IMG/VR virus record: IMGVR_UViG_3300027126_000006
Length of the DNA: 64,000 nucleotides
Source of the DNA: a virus
Strand: one strand, 5' to 3'
Position numbers and translations under genes: made by a program. The number at the start of each line of letters is the position of its first letter. Position 1 is the first letter of the stretch. Of this stretch, positions 52,321 to 61,250 are shown one piece after another. Below the pieces are notes generated by a model, which ran no database searches, was not told where the DNA came from, and saw nothing but the letters and a program-made list of their open reading frames with translations.

Positions 52321-52677
52321 TCAATAACCGTGACTCATAAGATAATTGTACACTTCACTAGGATTTTTGTCAAATCTTTCTTTTGGTGTTTGCCCATCGA
52401 ACGCTTTGTTAGGTCTATTCCACCAATCATCAGCAAGATCCTTACCGACTAAAGCAATGACCAGAGCCTCCGATCTTTGCCGGAGTACATTAGTAGCTTT
52501 AGGTCGTATGTAAACCTTCCACGCTTCCTTACATTGATCCTCTTCACTGAAGTACACTGGTTCCCAAGACTCGCCATAGAGTTTTTCCCAATCTAGTCCA
52601 TTGGTTGTGCGGTAATAACTACCATCATCTGATTCCACTTGCCAAATTTTAAATACCACATCACTTACAAATTTCAT
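52321..52677 (-). CDS. protein with C-terminal Xre/MbcA/ParS-like antitoxin (DUF2384) domain
   Basis: ADDWWNRPNKAFDGQTP...VYNYL. Confidence 0.65.
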   Translation of the reverse strand: MKFVSDVVFKIWQVESDDGSYYRTTNGLDWEKLYGESWEPVYFSEEDQCKEAWKVYIRPKATNVLRQRSEALVIALVGKDLADDWWNRPNKAFDGQTPKERFDKNPSEVYNYLMSHGY

Positions 52678-52679
52678 GA

Positions 52680-53501
52680 CTATTCAACCTCGACGTTTGT
52701 AAATCCTCTGTTCTTCTTTCCATACTCTTTGTAACTGTCAACTGATGAGCCATATCGCTTAAAGGCTTCTAGAGGATCTTCTCCATATGCTATTTCAACA
52801 GAGTGCCCCATAGTACCACCTTTCCAACTTCCTTTATTATAACCTGTTTCCTTGGAGAATTCAAGGTCTAGTGTATACTTGATTAGTGGCTTTCTGATAT
52901 AGCCTAGCCACTTGAACCAACCAATTCCATGCCGCCACATTCTCTTGCTGATGTAGCAGGTGGCGATGATCTCTTCACCATCATAGTCGTTGAATCGAAA
53001 CTTGATCTTGGGTACATCTTTTTTGATTTTATGATGTTCTTTCCAATCAGTTATGCCATTCTTATCGGCAAGGATAGTATATGATGACCACTCAGGTGTG
53101 AAGAACTCTTCATGTTGGAAAGTCATGTTCTTCCAAGGAATGGAAAACACTTTGGTGTGATCGGAGTTCTTCTTATCATTCGATGACCAACTGCCAGGTT
53201 GAATACCGTAGGACAGATGAATAGAATTTTCTGTTACAGAAATTCCATATTGGCGTTGGATATATTCCCAATAACCACCTGTAGGGCTTTTTGACCATTC
53301 ATACTTGGATGTATCTACCCACTTCTTACGCGGCTTGAAGAATTCAGGAACACGAAACCACCAAGAGTGGCCAAAGAGTGCAAAGTGAAGATTGCAATAA
53401 TTAGTCATCGAGTGACCACTTTCATAGTATTCGTGAGGGTTGGATACAGTGAGTGCGAATGTCCAAAAGTCACTCTTTGCATATTCTTTTAGTTTAATCA
53501 T
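52680..53501 (-). CDS. Trp/Tyr-rich hypothetical protein
   Basis: LDLEFS.E.G..KGSWKGGT.G motif. Confidence 0.7.
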   Translation of the reverse strand: MIKLKEYAKSDFWTFALTVSNPHEYYESGHSMTNYCNLHFALFGHSWWFRVPEFFKPRKKWVDTSKYEWSKSPTGGYWEYIQRQYGISVTENSIHLSYGIQPGSWSSNDKKNSDHTKVFSIPWKNMTFQHEEFFTPEWSSYTILADKNGITDWKEHHKIKKDVPKIKFRFNDYDGEEIIATCYISKRMWRHGIGWFKWLGYIRKPLIKYTLDLEFSKETGYNKGSWKGGTMGHSVEIAYGEDPLEAFKRYGSSVDSYKEYGKKNRGFTNVEVE

Positions 53502-53511
53502 GAATCTTCTC

Positions 53512-53898
53512 TTATTCAACACCATTAGTGAACATTTGTTCTTCAAGTTGAGCAAGCAGTGTTCTTGCCCTTTGTGTATCTTCGTCATACAGCGCCACTC
53601 TCATTTCAATAATGAGAGGTCTAAACTCTCCAAACATTTCTTCAATCATTCCTCTCTTAACAGTCTGTAACATCTCCTGAAATGCATCATGCTGAGCAGT
53701 TTTTGAGATTTCATCTTCAAGCCACGCAACAGCCGTAAACCTGGCCTGAATTCTATACTCTTTTGCTAACTTATGAGGATAAAAAGAAGAGCCTACGTCA
53801 GACACTGATTTAGTTACCTCTAGGTACCTTAGCTTGTCGCGCATCGCTCGAACATTACCAGTGGTAGTTGCGGTGATTGCTTTTGCTAGCTTACTCAT
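53512..53898 (-). CDS. hypothetical protein
   Basis: ORF track; coupled genes. Confidence 0.65.
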   Translation of the reverse strand: MSKLAKAITATTTGNVRAMRDKLRYLEVTKSVSDVGSSFYPHKLAKEYRIQARFTAVAWLEDEISKTAQHDAFQEMLQTVKRGMIEEMFGEFRPLIIEMRVALYDEDTQRARTLLAQLEEQMFTNGVE

Positions 53899-54413
53899 TA
53901 TAGTACCTCATTTGGAAACTGTTCCGTTGGCAAGAACCGATACTTGGTTTCAGGAGTATATGGAAATTGGATAGGCTCCATAGACTCACGGCTTGTGAAA
54001 TATGATTTGAATGGTTTGCCATCATCAATGTCAGGATTAGACACCCATTCCCAGAACACAACAGCATCTAGGTAATATGGATCACCGTTAAAGCGGTCTG
54101 ATTGCTTAAAGACTGCACCACAACGGTTGTTTTGATATACTGATACATTGTTAGTACGATCATCATTGATATGATTCCATTCCCAATCCTCTCCTGTCAA
54201 TGGTGTAAGGGGGTTGAACTTAGCCAATTTAGAGAATAGTTCAATCGCATATGGTGCAGAAGAACCGGAATGTCCTTCATCAGAAAATACTTCAAGAAGT
54301 TTCAAGACATGATTGCAAATAGCTTCCTGCATCTCATCAATGTATGAACCGTCATCTTTGATCCACCCTGCTGCACGAAATTCTCTTTGTGCGTGTGAAA
54401 TTAAATTACTCAT
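53898..54413 (-). CDS. conserved phage hypothetical protein
   Basis: FSDEGHSGSSAPY...PLTPLTGEDWEW...QNNRC..VFK. Confidence 0.75.
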   Translation of the reverse strand: MSNLISHAQREFRAAGWIKDDGSYIDEMQEAICNHVLKLLEVFSDEGHSGSSAPYAIELFSKLAKFNPLTPLTGEDWEWNHINDDRTNNVSVYQNNRCGAVFKQSDRFNGDPYYLDAVVFWEWVSNPDIDDGKPFKSYFTSRESMEPIQFPYTPETKYRFLPTEQFPNEVL

Positions 54414-54628
54414 TCTTGAACTCCTAAATGTTTCATAACTAATTCTTTCACAGGTTGATATACTTCAAACCTTTCATCCTCAATCTTAGCAAACACTTCT
54501 CTGACAATCAACTCGGCGAACTTTTCCAACTCTGCTTGACTAAATTTCCAAGGATGTTCAAGTGGTTCTGCAATACAAGATAACCCACCACCAGCCCGTA
54601 GAGCAAGTTCACGAATTCGTTCGTTCAT
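54410..54628 (-). CDS. MNERI-family small protein, copy 4
   Basis: MNERIRELA...KFAELIVRE...HLGVQE. Confidence 0.75.
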   Translation of the reverse strand: MNERIRELALRAGGGLSCIAEPLEHPWKFSQAELEKFAELIVREVFAKIEDERFEVYQPVKELVMKHLGVQE

Positions 54629-54996
54629 CGCGGGTCCATCCCACCATCGCTGACGATATCACTATATTTGCCGCCAGCACCTTGTTTAATTTTCTTCTTT
54701 AATTGATTAAGTTCTGCTTTCAGTCTACGGTTCTCTGAATCGGCCCAGCCTGCTCGTTCCTGCATATCACGCATCTGCTTGTCAAAATCACGATCACTGG
54801 GGGTAAGTGGTTCTTCTGGAGTCAGAATGAATTTACCTGCATCCCAATCAAATCCCTTTTGAACAGATTTTACCCCAACAGAAGGTCGCGCTCCAACTGT
54901 ACTGTATGGTAGTTTAATCTGAATCACCACATCTGGGTCATCGCGTTCATATTCAAGAGCCCTATCCACAAATCGTTTTAGTTCACTCAGTTTCAT
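54625..54996 (-). CDS. hypothetical protein
   Basis: GFDWDAGKFIL motif. Confidence 0.65.
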   Translation of the reverse strand: MKLSELKRFVDRALEYERDDPDVVIQIKLPYSTVGARPSVGVKSVQKGFDWDAGKFILTPEEPLTPSDRDFDKQMRDMQERAGWADSENRRLKAELNQLKKKIKQGAGGKYSDIVSDGGMDPR

Positions 54997-55177
54997 CTTC
55001 AATCCATTCATGTCTATGTTGCTTCCAACAAAGCATAGCCTTTTTCAATTGATCCATTTGTTCAAGTCGGATGTGGTCCATAATTCCCCACTCCTCTTTG
55101 CGCTCTGACATTCTCCACAAATCATCATGATGATCTTGTAGGGCTTTGATTACAACATCAAACTTCTCTTCACTCAT
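54983..55177 (-). CDS. hypothetical protein
   Basis: ORF track. Confidence 0.6.
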   Translation of the reverse strand: MSEEKFDVVIKALQDHHDDLWRMSERKEEWGIMDHIRLEQMDQLKKAMLCWKQHRHEWIEDETE

Positions 55178-55181
55178 TATA

Positions 55182-55667
55182 TTAGATTCCCAGGGACCTT
55201 TTCAGAACCATTTCAACGTATTCATTTAACGTAACATCAGCTTCGTGTGCGAGCTTGAACAACAACATCATTTCCTTTTCCTCTAGCTCCAAAGGAATCT
55301 TCACTCTTGTATCATACTCGATTCCTGATTTAATGGCAACAGCCTTTTCGATCCAATCTTCAGGAAGATCCAAATCGATAAACTTAACCCCATCCCAGGC
55401 TTCCAGTTCTTTGGGCTTATCGACAAACTCGGGATTGATCAATCGATATGATCGGTTGTTCTTATAATCGTGTGCTGCTACTTCATATACAAGATGTTCT
55501 TCGTCGGTAGATTTACCCATCTGGAACACAATCTCCAACGCGTATCCATCGTGGCAGCCATTCCAAGAACTAAAAGAATAAGCATCAGGGTAGTTTGAAT
55601 TGAAGTAGTTGCTACCTTCAGTGATCATATACCCTGCAACTTCCATCCATTGTTTTAATGTAATCAT
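55182..55667 (-). CDS. conserved phage hypothetical protein
   Basis: C-terminal LAHEADVTLNEYVE (RHH-like). Confidence 0.7.
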   Translation of the reverse strand: MITLKQWMEVAGYMITEGSNYFNSNYPDAYSFSSWNGCHDGYALEIVFQMGKSTDEEHLVYEVAAHDYKNNRSYRLINPEFVDKPKELEAWDGVKFIDLDLPEDWIEKAVAIKSGIEYDTRVKIPLELEEKEMMLLFKLAHEADVTLNEYVEMVLKRSLGI

Positions 55668-56041
55668 TTCATGCTCCTGATTGCTGCTGCAACAATATTG
55701 GGGTTAGTAGTGTCGAATGTCTCGACCAACTGAGCGCACTGCTCACGCTCGGCAGTAGTGACAAGGGCGGCGAACCGTTGCAGATACGGAGTGATCTCCC
55801 ACTCGGCTACCCAGATCATCCTTCGGTTCGTCTTGAACCCGGCTTGCTCAGCCATGCGGATGATATCATCCAGATTCATTTGACTGCTTGTTGATTGTTC
55901 ACGTTTATCCAGCGCGTCTGCGGCTTCCAACAACAGTTCCACAAGCCGATCCGGTTTGTTCTCTTGAACACTTTTGCGTGTTGATATTTGCAAACGAATC
56001 TCAGCGCGCTTACGCAAGCGAAAAACCAAATCTTGATTCAT
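55664..56041 (-). CDS. hypothetical protein (two apparent modules; the second resembles the MNERI family)
   Basis: RLRKRAEIR module followed by DDIIRMA..AG...RFAALV..AEREQCA. Confidence 0.6.
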   Translation of the reverse strand: MNQDLVFRLRKRAEIRLQISTRKSVQENKPDRLVELLLEAADALDKREQSTSSQMNLDDIIRMAEQAGFKTNRRMIWVAEWEITPYLQRFAALVTTAEREQCAQLVETFDTTNPNIVAAAIRSMK

Positions 56042-56217
56042 TACGAAATCTCTTTCACCACTTCATTCATATACCCACGAAGCCATTGTTCTGCTCCTTC
56101 AACCGTACAATGAGTATTACAGAATCCACATGAGATCCAAAACGGCCAGTACCAAGTCCTCTTTTGAACTTCGTAACCACAATACTGATCTCGAACAATA
56201 CGATATCTTGTTTTCAT
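56041..56217 (-). CDS. small hypothetical protein (58 aa, MKTRYRIVRD...)
   Basis: read manually; SD AGGAG. Confidence 0.55.
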   Translation of the reverse strand: MKTRYRIVRDQYCGYEVQKRTWYWPFWISCGFCNTHCTVEGAEQWLRGYMNEVVKEIS

Positions 56218-56381
56218 CGACTTCTCCTACAAAGGTCTTTTTGATGTTCCGTAGCATCAGGTCTGATCTCTATATCAGCGCATGAGTTCTTTTGCGGGCT
56301 GTATGAAATTGAACTGACAATAAGTGTCACTACAATTACGACCGCTGATACCAGCATTACTACTTTATCCATCGTAGTCAT
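56214..56381 (-). CDS. small membrane-anchored protein
   Basis: read manually; N-terminal TM and two Cys. Confidence 0.5.
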   Translation of the reverse strand: MTTMDKVVMLVSAVVIVVTLIVSSISYSPQKNSCADIEIRPDATEHQKDLCRRSR

Positions 56382-56752
56382 GGCCTATCCCAAAATGAGT
56401 TAATCTTCTGTTCTGCATCCTCTACACCAAACTTCTTACAGAAAGCCATCAACAGTTTGTCCTCATAATCCTGTCCATATATTGAATTATGAATAGCTAG
56501 ATATCCTGCATCTTGGGCTGGTGCATAAGCCTCAGGCCCAAACCCAAACACCTGGTAAAGTACATACCGATAAGATCCCTTCTGCTTGATCTCCCCGTCA
56601 AAGATTCGACGAGCAACAGCACAGAATGCTTTTAGTTGGTCTTCTTTTGAAAGTGAGGTCCAAAACAACTCCTGATCTGCTTCAATCTCTTTCATCGCTT
56701 TGGTGAAGGCGTCACCAACTTCATTTAGGACAGAATGTAAGTTGTCGTTCAT
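56378..56752 (-). CDS. hypothetical protein
   Basis: GSYRYVLYQVFGFGPEAY motif. Confidence 0.7.
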   Translation of the reverse strand: MNDNLHSVLNEVGDAFTKAMKEIEADQELFWTSLSKEDQLKAFCAVARRIFDGEIKQKGSYRYVLYQVFGFGPEAYAPAQDAGYLAIHNSIYGQDYEDKLLMAFCKKFGVEDAEQKINSFWDRP

Positions 56753-56754
56753 AA

Positions 56755-56937
56755 TTATCCTAAAGGATCCCAATAGTAGTTTGTTTGATCACTTTGCAGG
56801 TCTGCCTCAAATGCCGACCTTAGCCATTCAACTAGAACTTCAGGCTTCTTCCTCGCGAAGACATCGATGTCTTCATAGAATCGTTCAGCTTTGATGCAGA
56901 ACCCTTCAGGTTCATAAAACCAATCTTCAAATTTCAC
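56755..56937 (-). CDS. hypothetical protein
   Basis: ORF track. Confidence 0.6.
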   Translation of the reverse strand: MKFEDWFYEPEGFCIKAERFYEDIDVFARKKPEVLVEWLRSAFEADLQSDQTNYYWDPLG

Positions 56938-57127
56938 GTTCTTCCTCCCAATACCTACAATAGAAGTAATCTCCCATGTCGGTAATCATCTTACGAGGAT
57001 ATCCCTCTGACACCAACCAATCGTGGAATTCTTCTCTGGAAAGAATATCTCTTGGTTGAGGTTTTGGAAACCCATACTTCCAGCCCGAAGGTGGATCACA
57101 CATCACCACTTTCTTTTTCTTTTTCAT
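56927..57127 (-). CDS. hypothetical protein
   Basis: DPPSGWKYGFPK motif. Confidence 0.7.
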   Translation of the reverse strand: MKKKKKVVMCDPPSGWKYGFPKPQPRDILSREEFHDWLVSEGYPRKMITDMGDYFYCRYWEEEREI

Positions 57128-57128
57128 T

Positions 57129-57503
57129 TTAAATTGCTTTCTTGAAATAGTTGAAGTTCAAGCCATTAATCCAACAAAGGTGCTCAAGGTCCAGTGCATT
57201 ATCTGCGTCCATGATCCATCGAATAGCTGTATCGCGATCTCCAGCACCAGCCACGATCGTATCTTCCACTCGTTTCTCAAACGTCTCAGCAGCTTCAGCT
57301 TCCCTCATGCGGTCGAGCTCAATTGAGCGCTCCATTACAACAATAAGACGGTCCCATTCTCGCTGCCGCTCATCATCGGAATAAGAATTCCAGCGTTCCC
57401 AAAACATAGAGCTGGGACGCATGCCAAATGCGTCTTTGTGCAGATCGCTAACAATGTTGTTGTCGAAAGTATAGGCCATTTCATTAATCATCTCATTCAT
57501 CAT
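57129..57503 (-). CDS. hypothetical early protein
   Basis: SDLHKDAFGMRP and GAGDRDTAIRWI. Confidence 0.7.
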   Translation of the reverse strand: MMNEMINEMAYTFDNNIVSDLHKDAFGMRPSSMFWERWNSYSDDERQREWDRLIVVMERSIELDRMREAEAAETFEKRVEDTIVAGAGDRDTAIRWIMDADNALDLEHLCWINGLNFNYFKKAI

Positions 57504-57509
57504 ACCAAT

Positions 57510-57538
57510 ATTATATGATAAAACGGAATTAATGTCAA
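57510..57538 (-). promoter_or_regulatory. early promoter TTGACA-N17-TATAAT
   Basis: ggaattaatgtcaac motif. Confidence 0.85.
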
Positions 57539-57547
57539 CCCTGTATT

Positions 57548-57964
57548 TTACCGGGTGGATTCGCGGGCCATCCTACGGTAATCGGCGTTGGATGGGTGGA
57601 CACCATCACCTGCTACACTTGTTTGAGATCGCATGATGATGGTGTCGCCGAACTCGCTTGCTACCATATCGATTGCTTTCTGTGCTTGTGGTCTCCTCCA
57701 CATCCCAGCTCCAATCCAAAACACTTGTTTGGCTTGGATTGCATGTCTCATCTTTCGTAGTTCATCTTCTGTCTTAATCCGCCCATGATCATTAGAACCT
57801 AGGCTGATGATCACAGTATCGTATATAGCGGAGGCAGCTTGAATCATGTAGCGCTCATTCCAATCCTTGCTCGTAATGCCAACTTTAACATACCGTACAC
57901 ATTCTTTACGGTGAGCTGCAATACCAGCTGCTGTACTGTCACCAAGGATCATGCAGTAATCCAC
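57548..57964 (-). CDS. SGNH/GDSL hydrolase-like protein
   Basis: ILGDSTA, ISLGSND and DGVHP. Confidence 0.8.
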   Translation of the reverse strand: MDYCMILGDSTAAGIAAHRKECVRYVKVGITSKDWNERYMIQAASAIYDTVIISLGSNDHGRIKTEDELRKMRHAIQAKQVFWIGAGMWRRPQAQKAIDMVASEFGDTIIMRSQTSVAGDGVHPSNADYRRMARESTR

Positions 57965-58263
57965 GGAATGTCCTCTTTAGTGACTACAGTCTCTCTCCCA
58001 TCATATTCTCTAATCCAGAAATCAACTCCCTGAGGAATCCATGTGACTCCAAGGTAAGGCACTGCAAGCACGCATGATGAATTCTGGCCATCGTACACAT
58101 ACTCCACATACGACATCAGTTCTTCAAAATTACGATCCTCAATCAGCTCAACGATCTTAGGATCGAAAAGCATCTCTTCATTGCCCCACCATGAGAACCA
58201 CCCTGCGCCATGTGCAATTGTATGCACTACAGCGACTTTACCATCACGGATCAGTTTTTTCAT
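57949..58263 (-). CDS. hypothetical protein
   Basis: GAGWFSW...FDP.IV...IREYDG.E. Confidence 0.7.
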   Translation of the reverse strand: MKKLIRDGKVAVVHTIAHGAGWFSWWGNEEMLFDPKIVELIEDRNFEELMSYVEYVYDGQNSSCVLAVPYLGVTWIPQGVDFWIREYDGRETVVTKEDIPWITA

Positions 58264-58405
58264 TTTGCTTTTCAAATCCAAGGAAAAGGATACCATACTG
58301 AAGATAGAGCCATTTGATGAATTCTTCCACTTCTTGAGATTGTGGTTGGTAAACAGAATAAGCCACGCGAACTTTGTTCAGCCACTCTTTATCGTTTCCG
58401 CTCAT
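58244..58405 (-). CDS. small hypothetical protein (MSGNDKEW...)
   Basis: SD GGAGG. Confidence 0.55.
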   Translation of the reverse strand: MSGNDKEWLNKVRVAYSVYQPQSQEVEEFIKWLYLQYGILFLGFEKQNEKTDP

Positions 58406-58426
58406 CTCTCCTCCTACAAATTGGTT

Positions 58427-58503
58427 TGGTGGGCCCACTTGGGTTCGAACCAAGGACCAATGGATTATGAGTCCACTGCTCTAACCGTCTGAGCTATAGG
58501 CCC
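58427..58503 (-). tRNA. tRNA(CAU), most likely Ile2 (lysidine type)
   Basis: GGGCCTATAGCTCAG...CTCATAA...TGGTC...TGGGCCCACCA resembles bacterial Ile2. Confidence 0.85.
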
Positions 58504-58505
58504 GA

Positions 58506-58590
58506 TGGTACCTGAGACCGGAATCGAACCGGTACGCCTTGCGGCTGCGGATTTTAAGTCCGCTACGTCTACCTATTCCGTCACTCAGGC
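58506..58590 (-). tRNA. tRNA-Leu(UAA)
   Basis: GCCTGAG/CTCAGGT-ACCA, loop CTTAAAA, long variable arm. Confidence 0.95.
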
Positions 58591-58599
58591 ATTACTAGT

Positions 58600-58628
58600 A
58601 TTGTACTGATGTACAATTTTAAAGTCAA
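58600..58628 (-). promoter_or_regulatory. promoter TTGACT-N17-TACAAT for the tRNA-Leu/Ile2 pair
   Basis: hexamers with 17-nt spacer. Confidence 0.7.
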
Positions 58629-59347
58629 CTATTTACAAAGTAAAATTGTTGGTAGTGATCTACCTTTGTATCTATCAAGTGATGTACTCTTGGGGTTCCT
58701 GTCCAGACCCAGTCTTCAAAAGAGTACCGGTAATCAGGGCCACCAGGATAAAATCGCGGTCTTCCTGTTTGGTACACTTGTGACTGTAAGGGTTCAGGAA
58801 GTCTACGAATGTATTCAGACTTAGACCACCAAAAATTCCCACTAACCATATGGTCCTTGCATACTGCATCTCTTACCCCAACAAGATCGATGTCCTGTCG
58901 TTGAATAGCTCTCACTGCCGTAGTCCACTGGCCAATGCAGTAATGGTTAAGGACATCCCTCCAACTAGTCACTTGGGGTTGATTGCTTGCTGCCCCTTTA
59001 CTATGGAAGTAGAGTACAATGGAATCATTATCAATGCAGTGACGATACAACCTTTCGATAGTCTGTCCTTCATATATGTTGATATGGTGTCCTGTATCTC
59101 TTATATCTAAGATTTTAACAAACGGATACTTAGTTGAGACATAGTAGTTGAATGTTTGGTACAATGGCTCATTAGTAACCGAATGGCACCAATGCATTGG
59201 CATTGTTGCGCATAGATTGACATTTGCAATCTTATGTAAAGAACTATCACGTATCAACGACAATTGTTGGTCAACATACCAAGTCCATCTCATAGATCCT
59301 TGATGATCTGGAGGAATATAGACATGATAGAATACTTCTATGTTCAT
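58625..59347 (-). CDS. hypothetical protein, possibly glycosyltransferase-like
   Basis: YEGQTI..L, VLYFHSKG, SGNFWW.KS.YI..L and RY.FE.W. Confidence 0.6.
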   Translation of the reverse strand: MNIEVFYHVYIPPDHQGSMRWTWYVDQQLSLIRDSSLHKIANVNLCATMPMHWCHSVTNEPLYQTFNYYVSTKYPFVKILDIRDTGHHINIYEGQTIERLYRHCIDNDSIVLYFHSKGAASNQPQVTSWRDVLNHYCIGQWTTAVRAIQRQDIDLVGVRDAVCKDHMVSGNFWWSKSEYIRRLPEPLQSQVYQTGRPRFYPGGPDYRYSFEDWVWTGTPRVHHLIDTKVDHYQQFYFVNS

Positions 59348-59775
59348 TGCTGTTTGAAAGTATTAACACCAGCTCGGCCAAGAAAATACAATCCTTGATC
59401 AGTCTTGTAAGTGTCTCGCCAGTATAGATTAGTGATACCAGCTCCATGAATCATCTTTGCACATTCAATACATGGGGCATGGGTGCAAAACATAGTGGCA
59501 TTCTTACCAGACTCACCATCGCGTGCTAGCTTTAGGATTGCATTTGCTTCAGCATGAATGACTTCTGGTTTGGTGACTGTTGTTGGCGGAAGTTCGCCTG
59601 TGTCAATTACTACTTCGCATTCATTACTCCATCCAGCAGGAGTGCCGTTGTATCCAATCGAAATGATTCGATGGTCTTTCACAACAACAGCTCCTACTTT
59701 CAAACGTGTAGCTGTTGAGAGTTGTGCAAACCTCTCAGCCACATCCATGTATGCACTAATCCACTTTGGTTTCAT
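59344..59775 (-). CDS. cd: dCMP deaminase
   Basis: KVGAVVV..RIISIGYNGTP, HAEANAI and THAPCIECAK. Confidence 0.92.
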   Translation of the reverse strand: MKPKWISAYMDVAERFAQLSTATRLKVGAVVVKDHRIISIGYNGTPAGWSNECEVVIDTGELPPTTVTKPEVIHAEANAILKLARDGESGKNATMFCTHAPCIECAKMIHGAGITNLYWRDTYKTDQGLYFLGRAGVNTFKQQ

Positions 59776-59830
59776 ATTTTAGCTATCCACTCTACAAGTC
59801 GGTCAAATAGAGTAGGTTTAGGAGGAATGT

Positions 59831-60340
59831 TTACAGGACCACTTGGGGGCTCGCCGACTTGCGAGGTCTTCCCCTGGGCCTTACGGATTTTTTTGTTGCT
59901 ACTTCCTCCTTCTTAACTTCTTGAGGAGGTAGCTGTGGGATGAATCCAGCTGCAGCTACTGCTTCACGAGTGATGTTTGGGTATAGATTAGTAAGAGTTT
60001 GATCTTTGACGGCAATCAAGATTTTAGCTTCTTCTAGATGAACTGACTCCAGCATCTGAATAAACAACTGCTCGCGTTTAGTGTTGGATAGATCTTTGCG
60101 AGTGAACAAATAGAACCTACGAATCTCTTGAATGAACCGTGCTGGCGTCATTCCAATAGGTTCAGGACTCGGTTTGTATGGGGGCTCGCCATCTGGTAGT
60201 AGAAACTTACCCTGCGCGGTGAAGGCATGCATAAACAGCACACCAAGAGGACCACCATTACCTACTTTACGATACGTGGTTTGGAATAGCGACGGATCCT
60301 TGTTAAGGTCGCGAAGTACTTCCGTAATATACTGTGCCAT
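59831..60340 (-). CDS. conserved T4-like hypothetical protein
   Basis: LPDGEPPY, KREQLFIQMLESVH.EEAKIL..VKD. Confidence 0.75.
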   Translation of the reverse strand: MAQYITEVLRDLNKDPSLFQTTYRKVGNGGPLGVLFMHAFTAQGKFLLPDGEPPYKPSPEPIGMTPARFIQEIRRFYLFTRKDLSNTKREQLFIQMLESVHLEEAKILIAVKDQTLTNLYPNITREAVAAAGFIPQLPPQEVKKEEVATKKSVRPRGRPRKSASPQVVL

Positions 60341-60341
60341 A

Positions 60342-61238
60342 TTAAAACTCCTCAATGCTGTCAAGCAGTAGACGACAGCGATGCTTGATGAAATAATTAT
60401 ATATGCTCATCTTACTGCCTTTTGGCTTCTGTGTCAAAAACGATTCGAGAATCGATAGTTCAATGTCAGGTGGAATCATATCGAGATTAATTAGTTGATT
60501 ATTCCTGTCCCAATTACGACGCTGCTCGTCATTCTCACATGCATCGCGGCCAAGAGTAATGAATCTTTCCAGCTTGGCTGATGTCATCTTATTCTGGCGA
60601 GTACCTTCTGTAACAAACACGTCATCAGGAGATAGTACATTAGGAATACCATCATCTCCAGCCTTTGCAATATGTTCGGCAAGATAGGTCTTGGGATTAG
60701 GGCAATGAACTGCTTTCTTCTGGATAGGGCTCCATTGACTGACGTTATCATACTTATGGAGTTGCTTGAAGTCACCATCAGACGATACGATCATCACAGG
60801 CTGTTTCTCTTCAAACATACCACGATCAACCATACCACCGGTCTGAGTCCACTTACATAGAGTTCCAATAATATCATCAGCCTCTGCTGTATCGATATGA
60901 ATCACTTTGTACGGGAAGTGCTCTACTAGATCATCCCGAATGCTTGAGATCGTATCGAAAATCAACTTCCAGTCGAGGTCGGATTTCTCACGTGTCTTCG
61001 ATCGCCCAGCCTTGTAGTATGGAAACAACTGTTTCCTCCAATACTTCTTTCCATCGCAGGCTAGAACCATCTCGCCATACTTGTCGCTATACTTGGTTTT
61101 GTAATACTTCAATCCAGTTAGGATAGCATGACGGATAATGTTCACTGCTTCCGCTTTGTTCTCAGAGGTCTTCTTGAGATCAGATTGGAATGCAAAGATA
61201 TTCGCGATAGCCACTTGGCTGTAGTCAATAATAATCAT
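60342..61238 (-). CDS. rnh: T4-type RNase H / 5'-3' exonuclease
   Basis: IIIDYSQ, YWRK..FPYYKA.R, EADDIIG, SSDGDFKQL, DGIPNVLS and RNNQLINL. Confidence 0.95.
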   Translation of the reverse strand: MIIIDYSQVAIANIFAFQSDLKKTSENKAEAVNIIRHAILTGLKYYKTKYSDKYGEMVLACDGKKYWRKQLFPYYKAGRSKTREKSDLDWKLIFDTISSIRDDLVEHFPYKVIHIDTAEADDIIGTLCKWTQTGGMVDRGMFEEKQPVMIVSSDGDFKQLHKYDNVSQWSPIQKKAVHCPNPKTYLAEHIAKAGDDGIPNVLSPDDVFVTEGTRQNKMTSAKLERFITLGRDACENDEQRRNWDRNNQLINLDMIPPDIELSILESFLTQKPKGSKMSIYNYFIKHRCRLLLDSIEEF

Positions 61239-61250
61239 ATCGAACCTTTA

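Noticed and set aside
44596-58590. HDV-like theta ribozymes at tRNA 3' ends
   Set aside because: The trailers begin with the clamp stem or AT-rich sequence, and I could not fit the nested double pseudoknot by eye; a covariance search is needed to exclude it fully
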